Positions 49,163 through 58,270 of a stretch of DNA of 59,151 nucleotides are shown piece after piece. This DNA is from a virus (lineage: Duplodnaviria > Heunggongvirae > Uroviricota > Caudoviricetes), in the IMG/VR virus record IMGVR_UViG_3300035501_000704, positions 64,001-123,151 of that record; one strand, written 5' to 3'. The notes under the pieces were generated by a model. It searched no databases. It saw only the letters and a list, made by a program, of their open reading frames with translations, and was not told the origin of the DNA. How positions within the stretch are numbered: the first letter of the stretch is position 1; the number at the start of each line of letters is the position of its first letter. The position numbers were made by a program, and so were the translations under genes.

Positions 49163-50078
49163 TTAATATGTCTCTAATTTCTAAAAGTTTTGCGACATCT
49201 TGAACAATTGTTTCCTTACAATAGATTCTACTTTCAATCTGTTCCTTAATAGTATTTAAACCATCAATCTCATCTTTATTAGAGGATTCATTCTTCAGCT
49301 TGCTAATCGTATTTAAGCACTCATTCTTTAATGAATTGAATAACTTCTCTCTCTTTGCCTCAACCATTGGAGCCTTGAAATCAATAATATCTTTAACAAG
49401 TGATTGTTCCTCTTCAGAAAGATTTGCAATCTTCTTATTTAATTCCTCAGACATGGTTTTCACCTTATCCTTGCTCTCAATAACAGGAGCCTTATGATTC
49501 TCAATATAAGAAGCAATGGAGTTAATTGAATTCGTATAATTTGTTAAATTTGAAAGATTCTTTTGTTCACATAATACTCTCTCACAATCCTTATAGAACT
49601 TTACAGTATCTTCATCAAGAGTATATCCACCAATCTCATGCTTTGACAATAAATCAGCATATTTCTTAATTGATTCTTTAAGTGACTTTCTATTGATTTT
49701 CTCACTGGCTAATTTAACCGATTCTGTTACATATCTTGCTGAATCTCCCTCACAATTATAATTTCTAAGTGAATCCAAGAAATTAAACTGAGAACGCAAA
49801 TTATTATCAGCTAACACAAAATTGGTACATTCCTTTAATGCTTTTCTATCTTCCTTATACAATCTCGGAAGTTCAGATTCAAACATATAATTCAACTCAC
49901 CAAAAGTTTTCTCTCTGTTTGAAGAAGGGTATTCACAGCATTCTTTATATCTTGAATAAGCATTGATTGATTCCTTTAAGAGTTTATCAGCCAACTCAAA
50001 GTTATCCTTCTGAATTGCCTCATTCATCTTAATGGTTGAATCTTGCCATTTCTTTATATACTTATTATAATCTTTCAT
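49152..50078 (-). CDS. Hypothetical helical late protein (308 aa)
   Basis: Clean ORF; late motif 23 nt upstream. Confidence 0.75.
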   Translation of the reverse strand: MKDYNKYIKKWQDSTIKMNEAIQKDNFELADKLLKESINAYSRYKECCEYPSSNREKTFGELNYMFESELPRLYKEDRKALKECTNFVLADNNLRSQFNFLDSLRNYNCEGDSARYVTESVKLASEKINRKSLKESIKKYADLLSKHEIGGYTLDEDTVKFYKDCERVLCEQKNLSNLTNYTNSINSIASYIENHKAPVIESKDKVKTMSEELNKKIANLSEEEQSLVKDIIDFKAPMVEAKREKLFNSLKNECLNTISKLKNESSNKDEIDGLNTIKEQIESRIYCKETIVQDVAKLLEIRDILNDK

Positions 50079-50100
50079 ATATAAAATATAATCATTTAAA

Positions 50101-50108
50101 TATAAATA
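50101..50108 (-). promoter_or_regulatory. Candidate late promoter TATTTATA
   Basis: 23 nt upstream of the 50078 start. Confidence 0.65.
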
Positions 50109-50118
50109 TCAAAACAAA

Positions 50119-50152
50119 AAAGATTTGAAGTATATTCCAACCTCAAATCTTT
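50119..50152 (-). terminator. Terminator downstream of the sheath gene
   Basis: AAAGATTTGA...TCAAATCTTT stem with an A-run on its plus 5' side. Confidence 0.65.
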
Positions 50153-50177
50153 CTCAATATAACTAATTTACAGAAAA

Positions 50178-53100
50178 TTAATCGTCAAAGTAAGCACCAT
50201 TGTTGGTAACTACGAAGCCAATGTTGATATATTCAACAGCACCAATAGGCTTGATATACAATGTTGCATTTATTTCATGTCTATCCTTAGCTTCCTCAGA
50301 TTCATCAACAACAAGCTTATATTTCTCAATGGCTCTGTTGGTAACAAACTGGTCAAGAATACCATTAACAATTGACTTGAAATTCTTAATTGTACCTGCG
50401 TCATTAGGCTCAAATACAAGGCTCAATGTACCAATAGCAATGAGCTTTCTAAGTCTAAGAACGCAACGTCTTACGTCAATTCTATTCAACAAATCATCTT
50501 CCTCTCTTAAAGTCTTCTGGCCAAATGCCACAATACCTTCCTGAGCAAATGTTCTAATAGGATTGATATTTGCCTCATACAACGTATCAGATTCAGCAAG
50601 CTTCAAGTTCTTTCTTGCTCTAATAGCAGAACTAATCTTACCTCTTGAAATACCAGCAGGAGCCAAATTCGTAGTAGTATTTCTATTGTCAGATTCAGCA
50701 ATATTTCTTACAATATCTCTTGTCGGAGGCAACCAAATATATTCACCATCGTCTTCATACTTACACCAAGGATAATAAGTAGCGGCATAGCTTGAATGAA
50801 GCTCTGTATCGGTAAGGTCAGATACAACATCATCTGCGTCAGAAATTTCATCTGCAAAATCACCAGCACCGCTTTCCTTATCAGGCGTAGTTACAATGGC
50901 AAAAGTATCAGCTCTATCTTCAAGAATATCAAATACCTCATTCATGAGTGAAGTATTGTTGATTGTATCAATACCTGGCAAAGCAAGCAAGTTAATATCA
51001 ACCTCTTCAGGATTCTTCAATAATGAAATAGCAGCTAAAGTACTATAATAATCAGAAGTCAAAGCACCACCTTCAATATTGTATGTAGATGCATCATTTG
51101 AAGTTGAGAATGTATCAAATGCGTAACCTATACCATTAGACTTATCTACATAACCCTTATAATTAGCATAAGAATATTCATCCGTATTAGTTCTCTTATC
51201 ACGATAAACATCCCAACCATCGAAGCCCTGTGCAAATGTCATAGTGAACTTACGAAGCTTAACATCTTCAAAGATACTACCTGACATATCATCCTCACTT
51301 GCAATAATAGGAGTATTGGTTAAGTTGCTCGTTCTTGCATTAACACTTATAGTATCGAAAATAAATCCAGATACACCATCAACAGTAATGGTAGGAATTT
51401 CATCACCACTATAAATTGTCTCATCCAATCTACAATCCAAGTGGAATCCATGTGACAAAAATTCCGGGTCTTCAAGAGTTGCCATATTTCCCTTGAACGA
51501 GAAATAATCATAATCATATCCAACTCTATCAGAAATACCAAAGTATTGCTTCTTCTTATTTACACTCTCATTATAAGTCGTATTATACTTAATGGGAGCC
51601 ATAAATACATTACTATGTGCATCACCTGCAATAGTAGCACCATTGTAAACAGGAATAGGATAACCTAAGAAACCAGCAGGAACAGAATTCTTAGCCGCAC
51701 TACCTTCAGCAACCTCAACAGTAATATACTTAGACTTAGATTCATATAAACCATCCAATGTACCAATTACATAACCAATGAACTTAGTGCCCTTCTCCAT
51801 TGTACACTTAGAGAAAGATTCCAATACAACAGGAGATGAATCAGTATCATCATAAGAGCGTACTACAACATCAAACTGGCCAGTATCAGGGCGAATATTC
51901 TCAATAGAAACCTTAACCTCTTCAATTGAAGATGCACCATCAGAAATGGTATGGAATCTAAACATCTTATTCAACTTTATATGACTTGCGTCACCCTTAG
52001 CGTTGGAAACAACCCAAGGAGTTGATGAATATCTATATGCTGACTTATAATTACTCAAATCACAAGTCACAGGAACAACTTCATCATTGTACTTTGTGGT
52101 ACCATTTTCATCATTGCTTAACAAGATAACACTTGCGCCAGATACAATAGCATCACTCTTACTTGCATCATGCAAGCAATAAGTAGTTGAAGCTGAAACA
52201 GTCCATGTACCATCAAGATTCTTCTTAATCTCTTCTGAAGTACTATAGTTTTCAAGAACATAATACTCTGAATTTCTTACATAGACATTACCAGACTTTC
52301 CTGTAAAATTAAATGTACCATTGCTACCAGTCTTTGAGGAATCTAACTCATCAGCAGGGATTCCACTATTCTTATAATACAAACCATCTTCATAATTATA
52401 AACAATAGAAGACTTCTTTGATAATCTATTTGCCTCTACAGAGGTAATAACCCTATCTCTAAAGCTTCTAAGTTCACTCTCAGTCAATCCTGTAGCATTG
52501 TTTAAATCTACCTCATCATAAGCCTTATAAACATACTTAGAAGAACCAGTTGAATCAGTAACCTTTGCTACAGTATAAATGTAACCATCCTTACAAGTCT
52601 TAGTAATAAACTTAGAATCACTATCCTTCTTAACTGTATTCGTCTTATAATCGAAAACATAATATTCAATGCTTTCAGGACTACCATCAGTTAAATTTGA
52701 AGCGTAAAGATATCTCTTACCAATATCCTTCTTCTTCAACTCAACCTGATTCTTTGTAAGAATACCAGTTACAGCATCCAAGCCACAATAATCAGCAACA
52801 TAGCCAACGTTATAAGCCGTAAGCTTATCTGAAATTCTATCAAAACCTTCATTAAGAACAAGGTCTTCCCATGCTACATCATAGAGAGATTCAACGTAAA
52901 GAGGCATATCGCCATCATCATTTGATGTGCCAAGAACCTTCAAGATATAATCCTTATCAGCCTTATTCAAAGATACAGGAATGCTTTCCACATTATCAGC
53001 ACCAGCAACAGGAACATCACCATCATCTGATGTACCAACAATGCAGTTAATAGTAAATCTACCAAGGTCTCCATAAGATGCACTAAAACCATTGGTTTCA

Positions 53101-53708
53101 CCCTTTGAGAGAGAATATGATGTACACTGTGTACCGTCTGAATTGATTGAATAATATTCAGAAATAGAAACAGCGCTCATATTATAAGACTTAGGAGCAG
53201 AGCAATCAATAACAGTCTTCAATTCGCCAACATTGAAAGTCATTGAATCGTAAGCTGACTGACAGCTACATTCACCATCCGTAGTGCTTGCATATTCAGC
53301 ACGATAACCATAGCTACCTCTTGCACGAAGAACAGCAATAACGTATTTCTTAGCTCCAGTTGAATCTGTACCAGTGATTAACCATGCAGGTCCAGCGTTA
53401 TAACCACTGAAACCCAATGTTCTAACCACACAAAGTTGAGTTGACTCTTTCAAATACTCCTGCGCAATATAGGGCAATTCATACTGAGGATAGTTAGAAC
53501 CCTTGAACTTCTTTGTACTAGTTCCACCGAAAGTGCTTCTATATTCAGAAGGACTTGATACCCAAGTAGCCTGAAAAGCCGCGCCTTTAAGCGTTTCACC
53601 AATAAGGGCTAACTTAGTTACACCCAAACTTGATGAAGCAGTTTTCATATCCACTGTTTCCGAAGTATAAATACCAGGAGACACATGTACGCGATTAATT
53701 TCTGCCAT
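50178..53708 (-). CDS. Contractile tail sheath protein (T4 gp18-like, 1176 aa)
   Basis: SPGIYTSETVD, LALIGETLKG, LCVVRTLG, INLLALPG, SSYAATYYPW, WLPPT, APAGISRG, LYEANINPI, LNRIDVRR, VFEPND, IKPIGAVEYI. Confidence 0.95.
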   Translation of the reverse strand: MAEINRVHVSPGIYTSETVDMKTASSSLGVTKLALIGETLKGAAFQATWVSSPSEYRSTFGGTSTKKFKGSNYPQYELPYIAQEYLKESTQLCVVRTLGFSGYNAGPAWLITGTDSTGAKKYVIAVLRARGSYGYRAEYASTTDGECSCQSAYDSMTFNVGELKTVIDCSAPKSYNMSAVSISEYYSINSDGTQCTSYSLSKGETNGFSASYGDLGRFTINCIVGTSDDGDVPVAGADNVESIPVSLNKADKDYILKVLGTSNDDGDMPLYVESLYDVAWEDLVLNEGFDRISDKLTAYNVGYVADYCGLDAVTGILTKNQVELKKKDIGKRYLYASNLTDGSPESIEYYVFDYKTNTVKKDSDSKFITKTCKDGYIYTVAKVTDSTGSSKYVYKAYDEVDLNNATGLTESELRSFRDRVITSVEANRLSKKSSIVYNYEDGLYYKNSGIPADELDSSKTGSNGTFNFTGKSGNVYVRNSEYYVLENYSTSEEIKKNLDGTWTVSASTTYCLHDASKSDAIVSGASVILLSNDENGTTKYNDEVVPVTCDLSNYKSAYRYSSTPWVVSNAKGDASHIKLNKMFRFHTISDGASSIEEVKVSIENIRPDTGQFDVVVRSYDDTDSSPVVLESFSKCTMEKGTKFIGYVIGTLDGLYESKSKYITVEVAEGSAAKNSVPAGFLGYPIPVYNGATIAGDAHSNVFMAPIKYNTTYNESVNKKKQYFGISDRVGYDYDYFSFKGNMATLEDPEFLSHGFHLDCRLDETIYSGDEIPTITVDGVSGFIFDTISVNARTSNLTNTPIIASEDDMSGSIFEDVKLRKFTMTFAQGFDGWDVYRDKRTNTDEYSYANYKGYVDKSNGIGYAFDTFSTSNDASTYNIEGGALTSDYYSTLAAISLLKNPEEVDINLLALPGIDTINNTSLMNEVFDILEDRADTFAIVTTPDKESGAGDFADEISDADDVVSDLTDTELHSSYAATYYPWCKYEDDGEYIWLPPTRDIVRNIAESDNRNTTTNLAPAGISRGKISSAIRARKNLKLAESDTLYEANINPIRTFAQEGIVAFGQKTLREEDDLLNRIDVRRCVLRLRKLIAIGTLSLVFEPNDAGTIKNFKSIVNGILDQFVTNRAIEKYKLVVDESEEAKDRHEINATLYIKPIGAVEYINIGFVVTNNGAYFDD

Positions 53709-53776
53709 TGTTATAAATTATTATATAAATTATTTAAATCTTAAATTCAATAAGGCTATATTTATAAGCCTTTAAA

Positions 53777-53784
53777 TATAAATA
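53777..53784 (-). promoter_or_regulatory. Candidate late promoter TATTTATA for sheath
   Basis: 69 nt upstream of the sheath ATG; the leader contains a hairpin. Confidence 0.55.
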
Positions 53785-53810
53785 TCAAATAAACTTCAAA
53801 AATACAAAAA

Positions 53811-53843
53811 TGATACCATAATTCATTAAAAATTATGATATCA
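53811..53843 (-). terminator. Hairpin downstream of 53877..55178
   Basis: TGATACCATAAT...ATTATGATATCA, 12-bp stem with one mismatch, preceded by an A-run on plus. Confidence 0.6.
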
Positions 53844-53876
53844 TCCTCTCATGGTTTAGTATATATCAATCAGTAA

Positions 53877-55178
53877 TTATATGTTCTTTTCATCTATTTG
53901 ATTATCATCTGTTTCAGTATCAATAATTGTCGTTGTATCAAAGCAAATAAGCCTAACAAAAGCCTTTTCTTTCTCATTCTTTGGCTCACATTCAATCTTT
54001 ACAGTATCACATTCATAAAATATAATATCTGAACCATTTAATTCAACCTTATCTCCATTTATATAAATATCATAATGCTTCACATTTGTAATATCAATAG
54101 ATTCTAATTGAATAATCGAATCCATTTCAAATTCTACATAATGCTTGCATCCTTCGAATGAAGCATTGATAATAACCTTCTTATTTACATATATTTCATC
54201 CTCAGTTCCTTGCCAACATGATTGAACACCTAATACATCGTCAATATCAACATCTGAATAATCTCCATCATTATAAATTGAATCATAATCAACTTCTTGT
54301 TGTTCAATTTTTAGTTTTGTATCTCCAGAACAAGTATTTCCTATGATTTCAACTTGTAATTTGTTCTCTGACTCAGATAATTGGTCTATATTGTACTTTT
54401 CTTTCTTTTGATGCCTTCTATCAGAGTTTTTAGTTCCTACATAGAGTATATTTCTATGCCTTGAACGCATTTTTGTTACTTGATAGTCTTCATCTCTAAT
54501 AATAAAGGCCAATACCTTGAATTGAAAGGTTTGACTATAATATTTTCTATCATCAATCAATGTTTCACTCTCATCACTCACTGAATTAAGCATCATAGGC
54601 ATAGCAAAACCATTAGGAAATACATAATGTTGCAATGCGCTAAATGCTTTCTGTACCATTTCATTCATTCTATTGATACAATTGATAGAAACAGTATAAA
54701 TGGTGAAAGAATATATCAAATTAACGCAATAAGGTTGCCTCATTGAGTATATTTCCATCACTTCATCACCATTTTCCTCCAATACAGGAACTTGAAATAC
54801 TGGATAGAATCTATCACCGGGGATATTATAACTATTTCCATATAATTCTCCCTTTTGAGGATTCATCTCTCTTGTTAACGTCTTAAAATTGATTTCAAGA
54901 TTACCTTTTTCATCAATCTTTTTCCATTCCTGCTTATATTCAGCTATTCTTTGATTTGAAAACAGCTTAAATGTTGGAAATCTGAACTCATTATAAGTTA
55001 TTTCAAGCTCTTTATCAACAAAATCATAAACAGCCTTATCAATATCCTCATATTGAACTGTTTTTGGAAAATGAGGCTGTTTTACACAAGTGATTTTTGT
55101 GTAATTTGCTCTTCTAACACCACCATCTGACTTATTTCTGAAATAAAATGGCTTATTTATATGTTTTGGTGACTGCAT
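53877..55178 (-). CDS. Probable tail terminator / sheath-stabilising protein (T4 gp15-like)
   Basis: QPYCVNLIYSFTIYT...INRMNEMV resembles gp15-like tail completion proteins; located between the neck and sheath genes. Confidence 0.5.
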   Translation of the reverse strand: MQSPKHINKPFYFRNKSDGGVRRANYTKITCVKQPHFPKTVQYEDIDKAVYDFVDKELEITYNEFRFPTFKLFSNQRIAEYKQEWKKIDEKGNLEINFKTLTREMNPQKGELYGNSYNIPGDRFYPVFQVPVLEENGDEVMEIYSMRQPYCVNLIYSFTIYTVSINCINRMNEMVQKAFSALQHYVFPNGFAMPMMLNSVSDESETLIDDRKYYSQTFQFKVLAFIIRDEDYQVTKMRSRHRNILYVGTKNSDRRHQKKEKYNIDQLSESENKLQVEIIGNTCSGDTKLKIEQQEVDYDSIYNDGDYSDVDIDDVLGVQSCWQGTEDEIYVNKKVIINASFEGCKHYVEFEMDSIIQLESIDITNVKHYDIYINGDKVELNGSDIIFYECDTVKIECEPKNEKEKAFVRLICFDTTTIIDTETDDNQIDEKNI

Positions 55179-55196
55179 TTTCTCTTATTTTTGATA

Positions 55197-55739
55197 TTAA
55201 CCATTAAATACACTCTTTTCAACAGGTGATGCCACACAATTTCTAACAACTGCAACCGTTCCAAAGAGCATATTTGCATTATTATAATTGTTTCTACCGT
55301 CATTCTCTACCATAAAATAGGTCATTTCTCTCTCATTAACCTGTACACCTACATAGTCACCTATTTTAATGTCAACATCATTATCAATAAGCGTAGATAT
55401 ATACACGGAAAACTTCAATTTACCCATTTTTTGATAAGTTCCAAGGTTTTTCGTCTTATCATAAGCTTTCAATTCTGGCTCTTCAATCTCATACATACAC
55501 GGTAATTCAACAGGAGGCATATAAACAATACTATCAGCTCTTGTTTCACCATATAATTCATCTTGATTGGTCTTTGATAAATCAACTCTATAAAGAACTA
55601 TGGTCTGTCCCAAGTCTCCTTCCACATATTCTTTCCCCATTTCCATATCAAAATTGAATTCTTCTCTGCCATAGAATAATCCATTCCTCTTAATTGGAAC
55701 TCGTCTTTGTTGATTTGTCTTAAACTCTACGTTTGACAT
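55197..55739 (-). CDS. Neck / head-closure protein (T4 gp14-like)
   Basis: IVLYRVDLSKTNQDELYGE resembles gp14 ..Y.....D.LYGE; IKIGDYVG; late motif upstream. Confidence 0.6.
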   Translation of the reverse strand: MSNVEFKTNQQRRVPIKRNGLFYGREEFNFDMEMGKEYVEGDLGQTIVLYRVDLSKTNQDELYGETRADSIVYMPPVELPCMYEIEEPELKAYDKTKNLGTYQKMGKLKFSVYISTLIDNDVDIKIGDYVGVQVNEREMTYFMVENDGRNNYNNANMLFGTVAVVRNCVASPVEKSVFNG

Positions 55740-55762
55740 TGAATAGCTTATTTATCTTACCT

Positions 55763-55770
55763 TATAAATA
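55763..55770 (-). promoter_or_regulatory. Candidate late promoter TATTTATA
   Basis: 24 nt upstream of the 55739 start. Confidence 0.65.
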
Positions 55771-55783
55771 TCTATAAAACAAA

Positions 55784-55821
55784 AATCCAAATAAACTATT
55801 ACCACATAGTCCATTTGGATT
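55784..55821 (-). terminator. Terminator downstream of the small gene at 55895..56059
   Basis: AATCCAAAT-AA-ACTAT-TACCAC-ATAGT-CC-ATTTGGATT with an A-run on its plus 5' side. Confidence 0.65.
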
Positions 55822-55894
55822 CAAAATAAAATTGATTATAATATATCAGTCAATTATATCAGGGCGATTCTTCTTCTCAACCTCATTGATACGA

Positions 55895-56059
55895 TTAAAC
55901 ATATTGTAGAATTGCTTCTGTACACTTTCTCGCATCTGATTTTCTTTTTTCAAATTCAGCTTCACCTTGGCGATATAAATCACCACAACCTACTAATTCT
56001 GCAACATCCTCTCCAGTAATCATAGGTTCTCCATTCTCATTAATCTTCTTGTATTTCAT
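55895..56059 (-). CDS. Small hypothetical late protein (54 aa; possibly 70 aa via +1 shift), not in ORF track
   Basis: MKYKKINENGEPMITGEDVAELVGCGDLYRQGEAEFEKRKSDARKCTEAILQYV*; TATTTATA at 56081-56088 is 22 nt upstream. Confidence 0.55.
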   Translation of the reverse strand: MKYKKINENGEPMITGEDVAELVGCGDLYRQGEAEFEKRKSDARKCTEAILQYV

Positions 56060-57512
56060 TTTCTTCTTCTTTTTTTAATATATAAATATTATGCTTGATT
56101 TTCTCTGCCATTTCATTTGCTAATGCTGCAACAGAATCAAATACTGTAAATGAATCCTTTGGAGTCATCATACCCCAACATTTAGCATAAGTGACAGCAG
56201 ATTGAGTAACATCAATTCCAAAAAATTTTAAAGTAATCCAAGCGCAAATCTCAGCTTGCTGTTCAATAAAGCCCCTTCCCTTATCTGTACCTTTACAATA
56301 CTTCTTCCAAACTTTTGTAATATAATCATCCTTTTGATTTTCTACAAAATGAAGATGCATCACTTGATGGGCATATTCATGACAAATGGTACTTGCAAGA
56401 TTCTTAACATATCCAGTGTCTTTTAAAAGATTTATAGTTCCTAAGCTTGTTGCTTCACCTCTTGCACCTCCTAACTCAGCCGATGTCTTATAGTTAATCT
56501 TTAAATTGGCATCTTCTGCCATCTGAATAGCAGCCTTTATAAATAATTCAAGCTCCTTACTTGTCTCAGTTGATGTATCATACCAATTAGGCTTTTCAGG
56601 CTTATCAACATAAACAGCAGCTAAATCTTCTTTACCATCAATAGGAGAAGTAAATCTAATATCATAATAAGGCGATACATAACATTTGCTAACTCCATCC
56701 CTTAAAGCATAACCTCTTTGCAATACTCTAAGTTCTTCCTTTTGACCTGGCGTTAATTCTTTTACGTCTTTTACGCCTAAACTTTTCAGATAAGTCTCCT
56801 CTACCTCAACTTGTTGCTGTGGTGTTAATCCTTTACTATTTGGTGTATATAAGTAAATGGGATGAGACCTATCAGAAACCCATCTATTTAATTGATACCA
56901 ATTGCTAACAGACTTTACAAGCTTTGCTGTTGGGTCTTGTAGATAAAGAAGTAATGCATTTTTAACAGAAAATTGATGGCCCTCAATTCTATTCAAATCA
57001 AGAACTTTAGTCATTTTTGTCTTAAATTCTTGTTCTGATACAGCTGTTGCAAGTTCTAACTTGAATTTTTTCAGTTTTACATTCAACTCCTGTATATATG
57101 CATCACCACCAAATATAGGATTGTTTTCTGGGTCAAATGTGGCAATCAATTCATCTAATATCTCTAAAACTTTGTCTTTTCTATCTCCATTACCAACACC
57201 ATTTCCAGTATCTTCTATATTAACAATAAAATCAAGGCAAGGCTTAATTTTTTCTTGATATAAAATATCTAACTTCTCCTTATCTTTAGGTGCCCACCAT
57301 CCATAAGCATAATACCAATTACCATTTACAAATCTTTTTAAACTTGTAACTCCATATTTTTGTAATTGATTAGTTTTATATAGATTGTATAGTGTATAAG
57401 CATCTAAATCATCACCTCTCAAATATATAACATTTAATTTCGTTCCATCATTCTTTAAAATAGACCCAGGATATATATTGATTGTTTCTGATATCAATCT
57501 CTTTTTCTTCAT
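56040..57512 (-). CDS. ArdC-like ssDNA-binding / zincin metallopeptidase domain protein (490 aa)
   Basis: HQFSVKNALLLYLQDPTAKLVKSVSNWYQLNRWV (ArdC-N-like), YYDIRFT, ARG...I.L, TICHEYAHQVMH (HExxH), EQQAEICAWITLKFFG. Confidence 0.75.
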   Translation of the reverse strand: MKKKRLISETINIYPGSILKNDGTKLNVIYLRGDDLDAYTLYNLYKTNQLQKYGVTSLKRFVNGNWYYAYGWWAPKDKEKLDILYQEKIKPCLDFIVNIEDTGNGVGNGDRKDKVLEILDELIATFDPENNPIFGGDAYIQELNVKLKKFKLELATAVSEQEFKTKMTKVLDLNRIEGHQFSVKNALLLYLQDPTAKLVKSVSNWYQLNRWVSDRSHPIYLYTPNSKGLTPQQQVEVEETYLKSLGVKDVKELTPGQKEELRVLQRGYALRDGVSKCYVSPYYDIRFTSPIDGKEDLAAVYVDKPEKPNWYDTSTETSKELELFIKAAIQMAEDANLKINYKTSAELGGARGEATSLGTINLLKDTGYVKNLASTICHEYAHQVMHLHFVENQKDDYITKVWKKYCKGTDKGRGFIEQQAEICAWITLKFFGIDVTQSAVTYAKCWGMMTPKDSFTVFDSVAALANEMAEKIKHNIYILKKEEENEIQED

Positions 57513-57533
57513 TATTCACCTAAATATTATAAT

Positions 57534-57541
57534 TATAAATA
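57534..57541 (-). promoter_or_regulatory. Candidate late promoter TATTTATA
   Basis: 22 nt upstream of the 57512 start. Confidence 0.65.
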
Positions 57542-57556
57542 TTCAAATTTCAACAA

Positions 57557-58258
57557 TTATGATTTACCATAAGGTGTCATAAAACCAATATCTCCAGTTC
57601 TCTTTTCAAATTTAGGAAACAAATGTAGATAAATATACATTGAAGTTAATCTTTCACCAATATAAGCCATAAAATGCTGCTGGTAATCGTATCTATCATC
57701 TTCTGTATATATCATTGAATTTTCAATATATCTATCACCATTAAAGTCTAATCTATACTTTTTATCTAATTCAAATAAAACACTAAAAACAAATTCACAC
57801 ATCATATTGAAATCATCACGATTCATTATGAAAGTATTATTTGTTAATAGTATTTTACATTTCTTCCAATACTTTACTTCAGCAGATGTAGGCCCAAACA
57901 GTTTGATTAAAATATTACATATATCGTTATTTCGTTTCTTGCCATGTGTATAGGTAAATTGTTCTTCTATTGATTCATTCATTACGAATGGAGCGTATGT
58001 TACTACTTCATTGTTTTTAGGTAATATAGAAGGATTAAACGGTCTCCTATATTGTTTGTGACAAATCATATCATTAGACTTATCATTCTTCCAAATCCAA
58101 TACAATGTGGTTAATTCACAATAGAAAGTATTTAACCTATTGATTGAATCTCCTGATATGGATTCATCATTTGCCTTGAACAATATGGTATTATTATCAG
58201 CTTTTAAATTATATTCTTCAATTTGTTTATCATCGAAATAACTAATATATGTAATCAT
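57557..58258 (-). CDS. DUF4422-like protein (glycosyltransferase-associated)
   Basis: INRLNTFYCELTTLYWIWKN...ICHKQYRR, NNTFIMNRDDFNMMCEFVFSVLFEL, AYIGERL match the family pattern N..ycElT..YW.WKN...HYRR...R..gflsERl. Confidence 0.8.
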   Translation of the reverse strand: MITYISYFDDKQIEEYNLKADNNTILFKANDESISGDSINRLNTFYCELTTLYWIWKNDKSNDMICHKQYRRPFNPSILPKNNEVVTYAPFVMNESIEEQFTYTHGKKRNNDICNILIKLFGPTSAEVKYWKKCKILLTNNTFIMNRDDFNMMCEFVFSVLFELDKKYRLDFNGDRYIENSMIYTEDDRYDYQQHFMAYIGERLTSMYIYLHLFPKFEKRTGDIGFMTPYGKS

Positions 58259-58270
58259 TTTTAAATGAAA

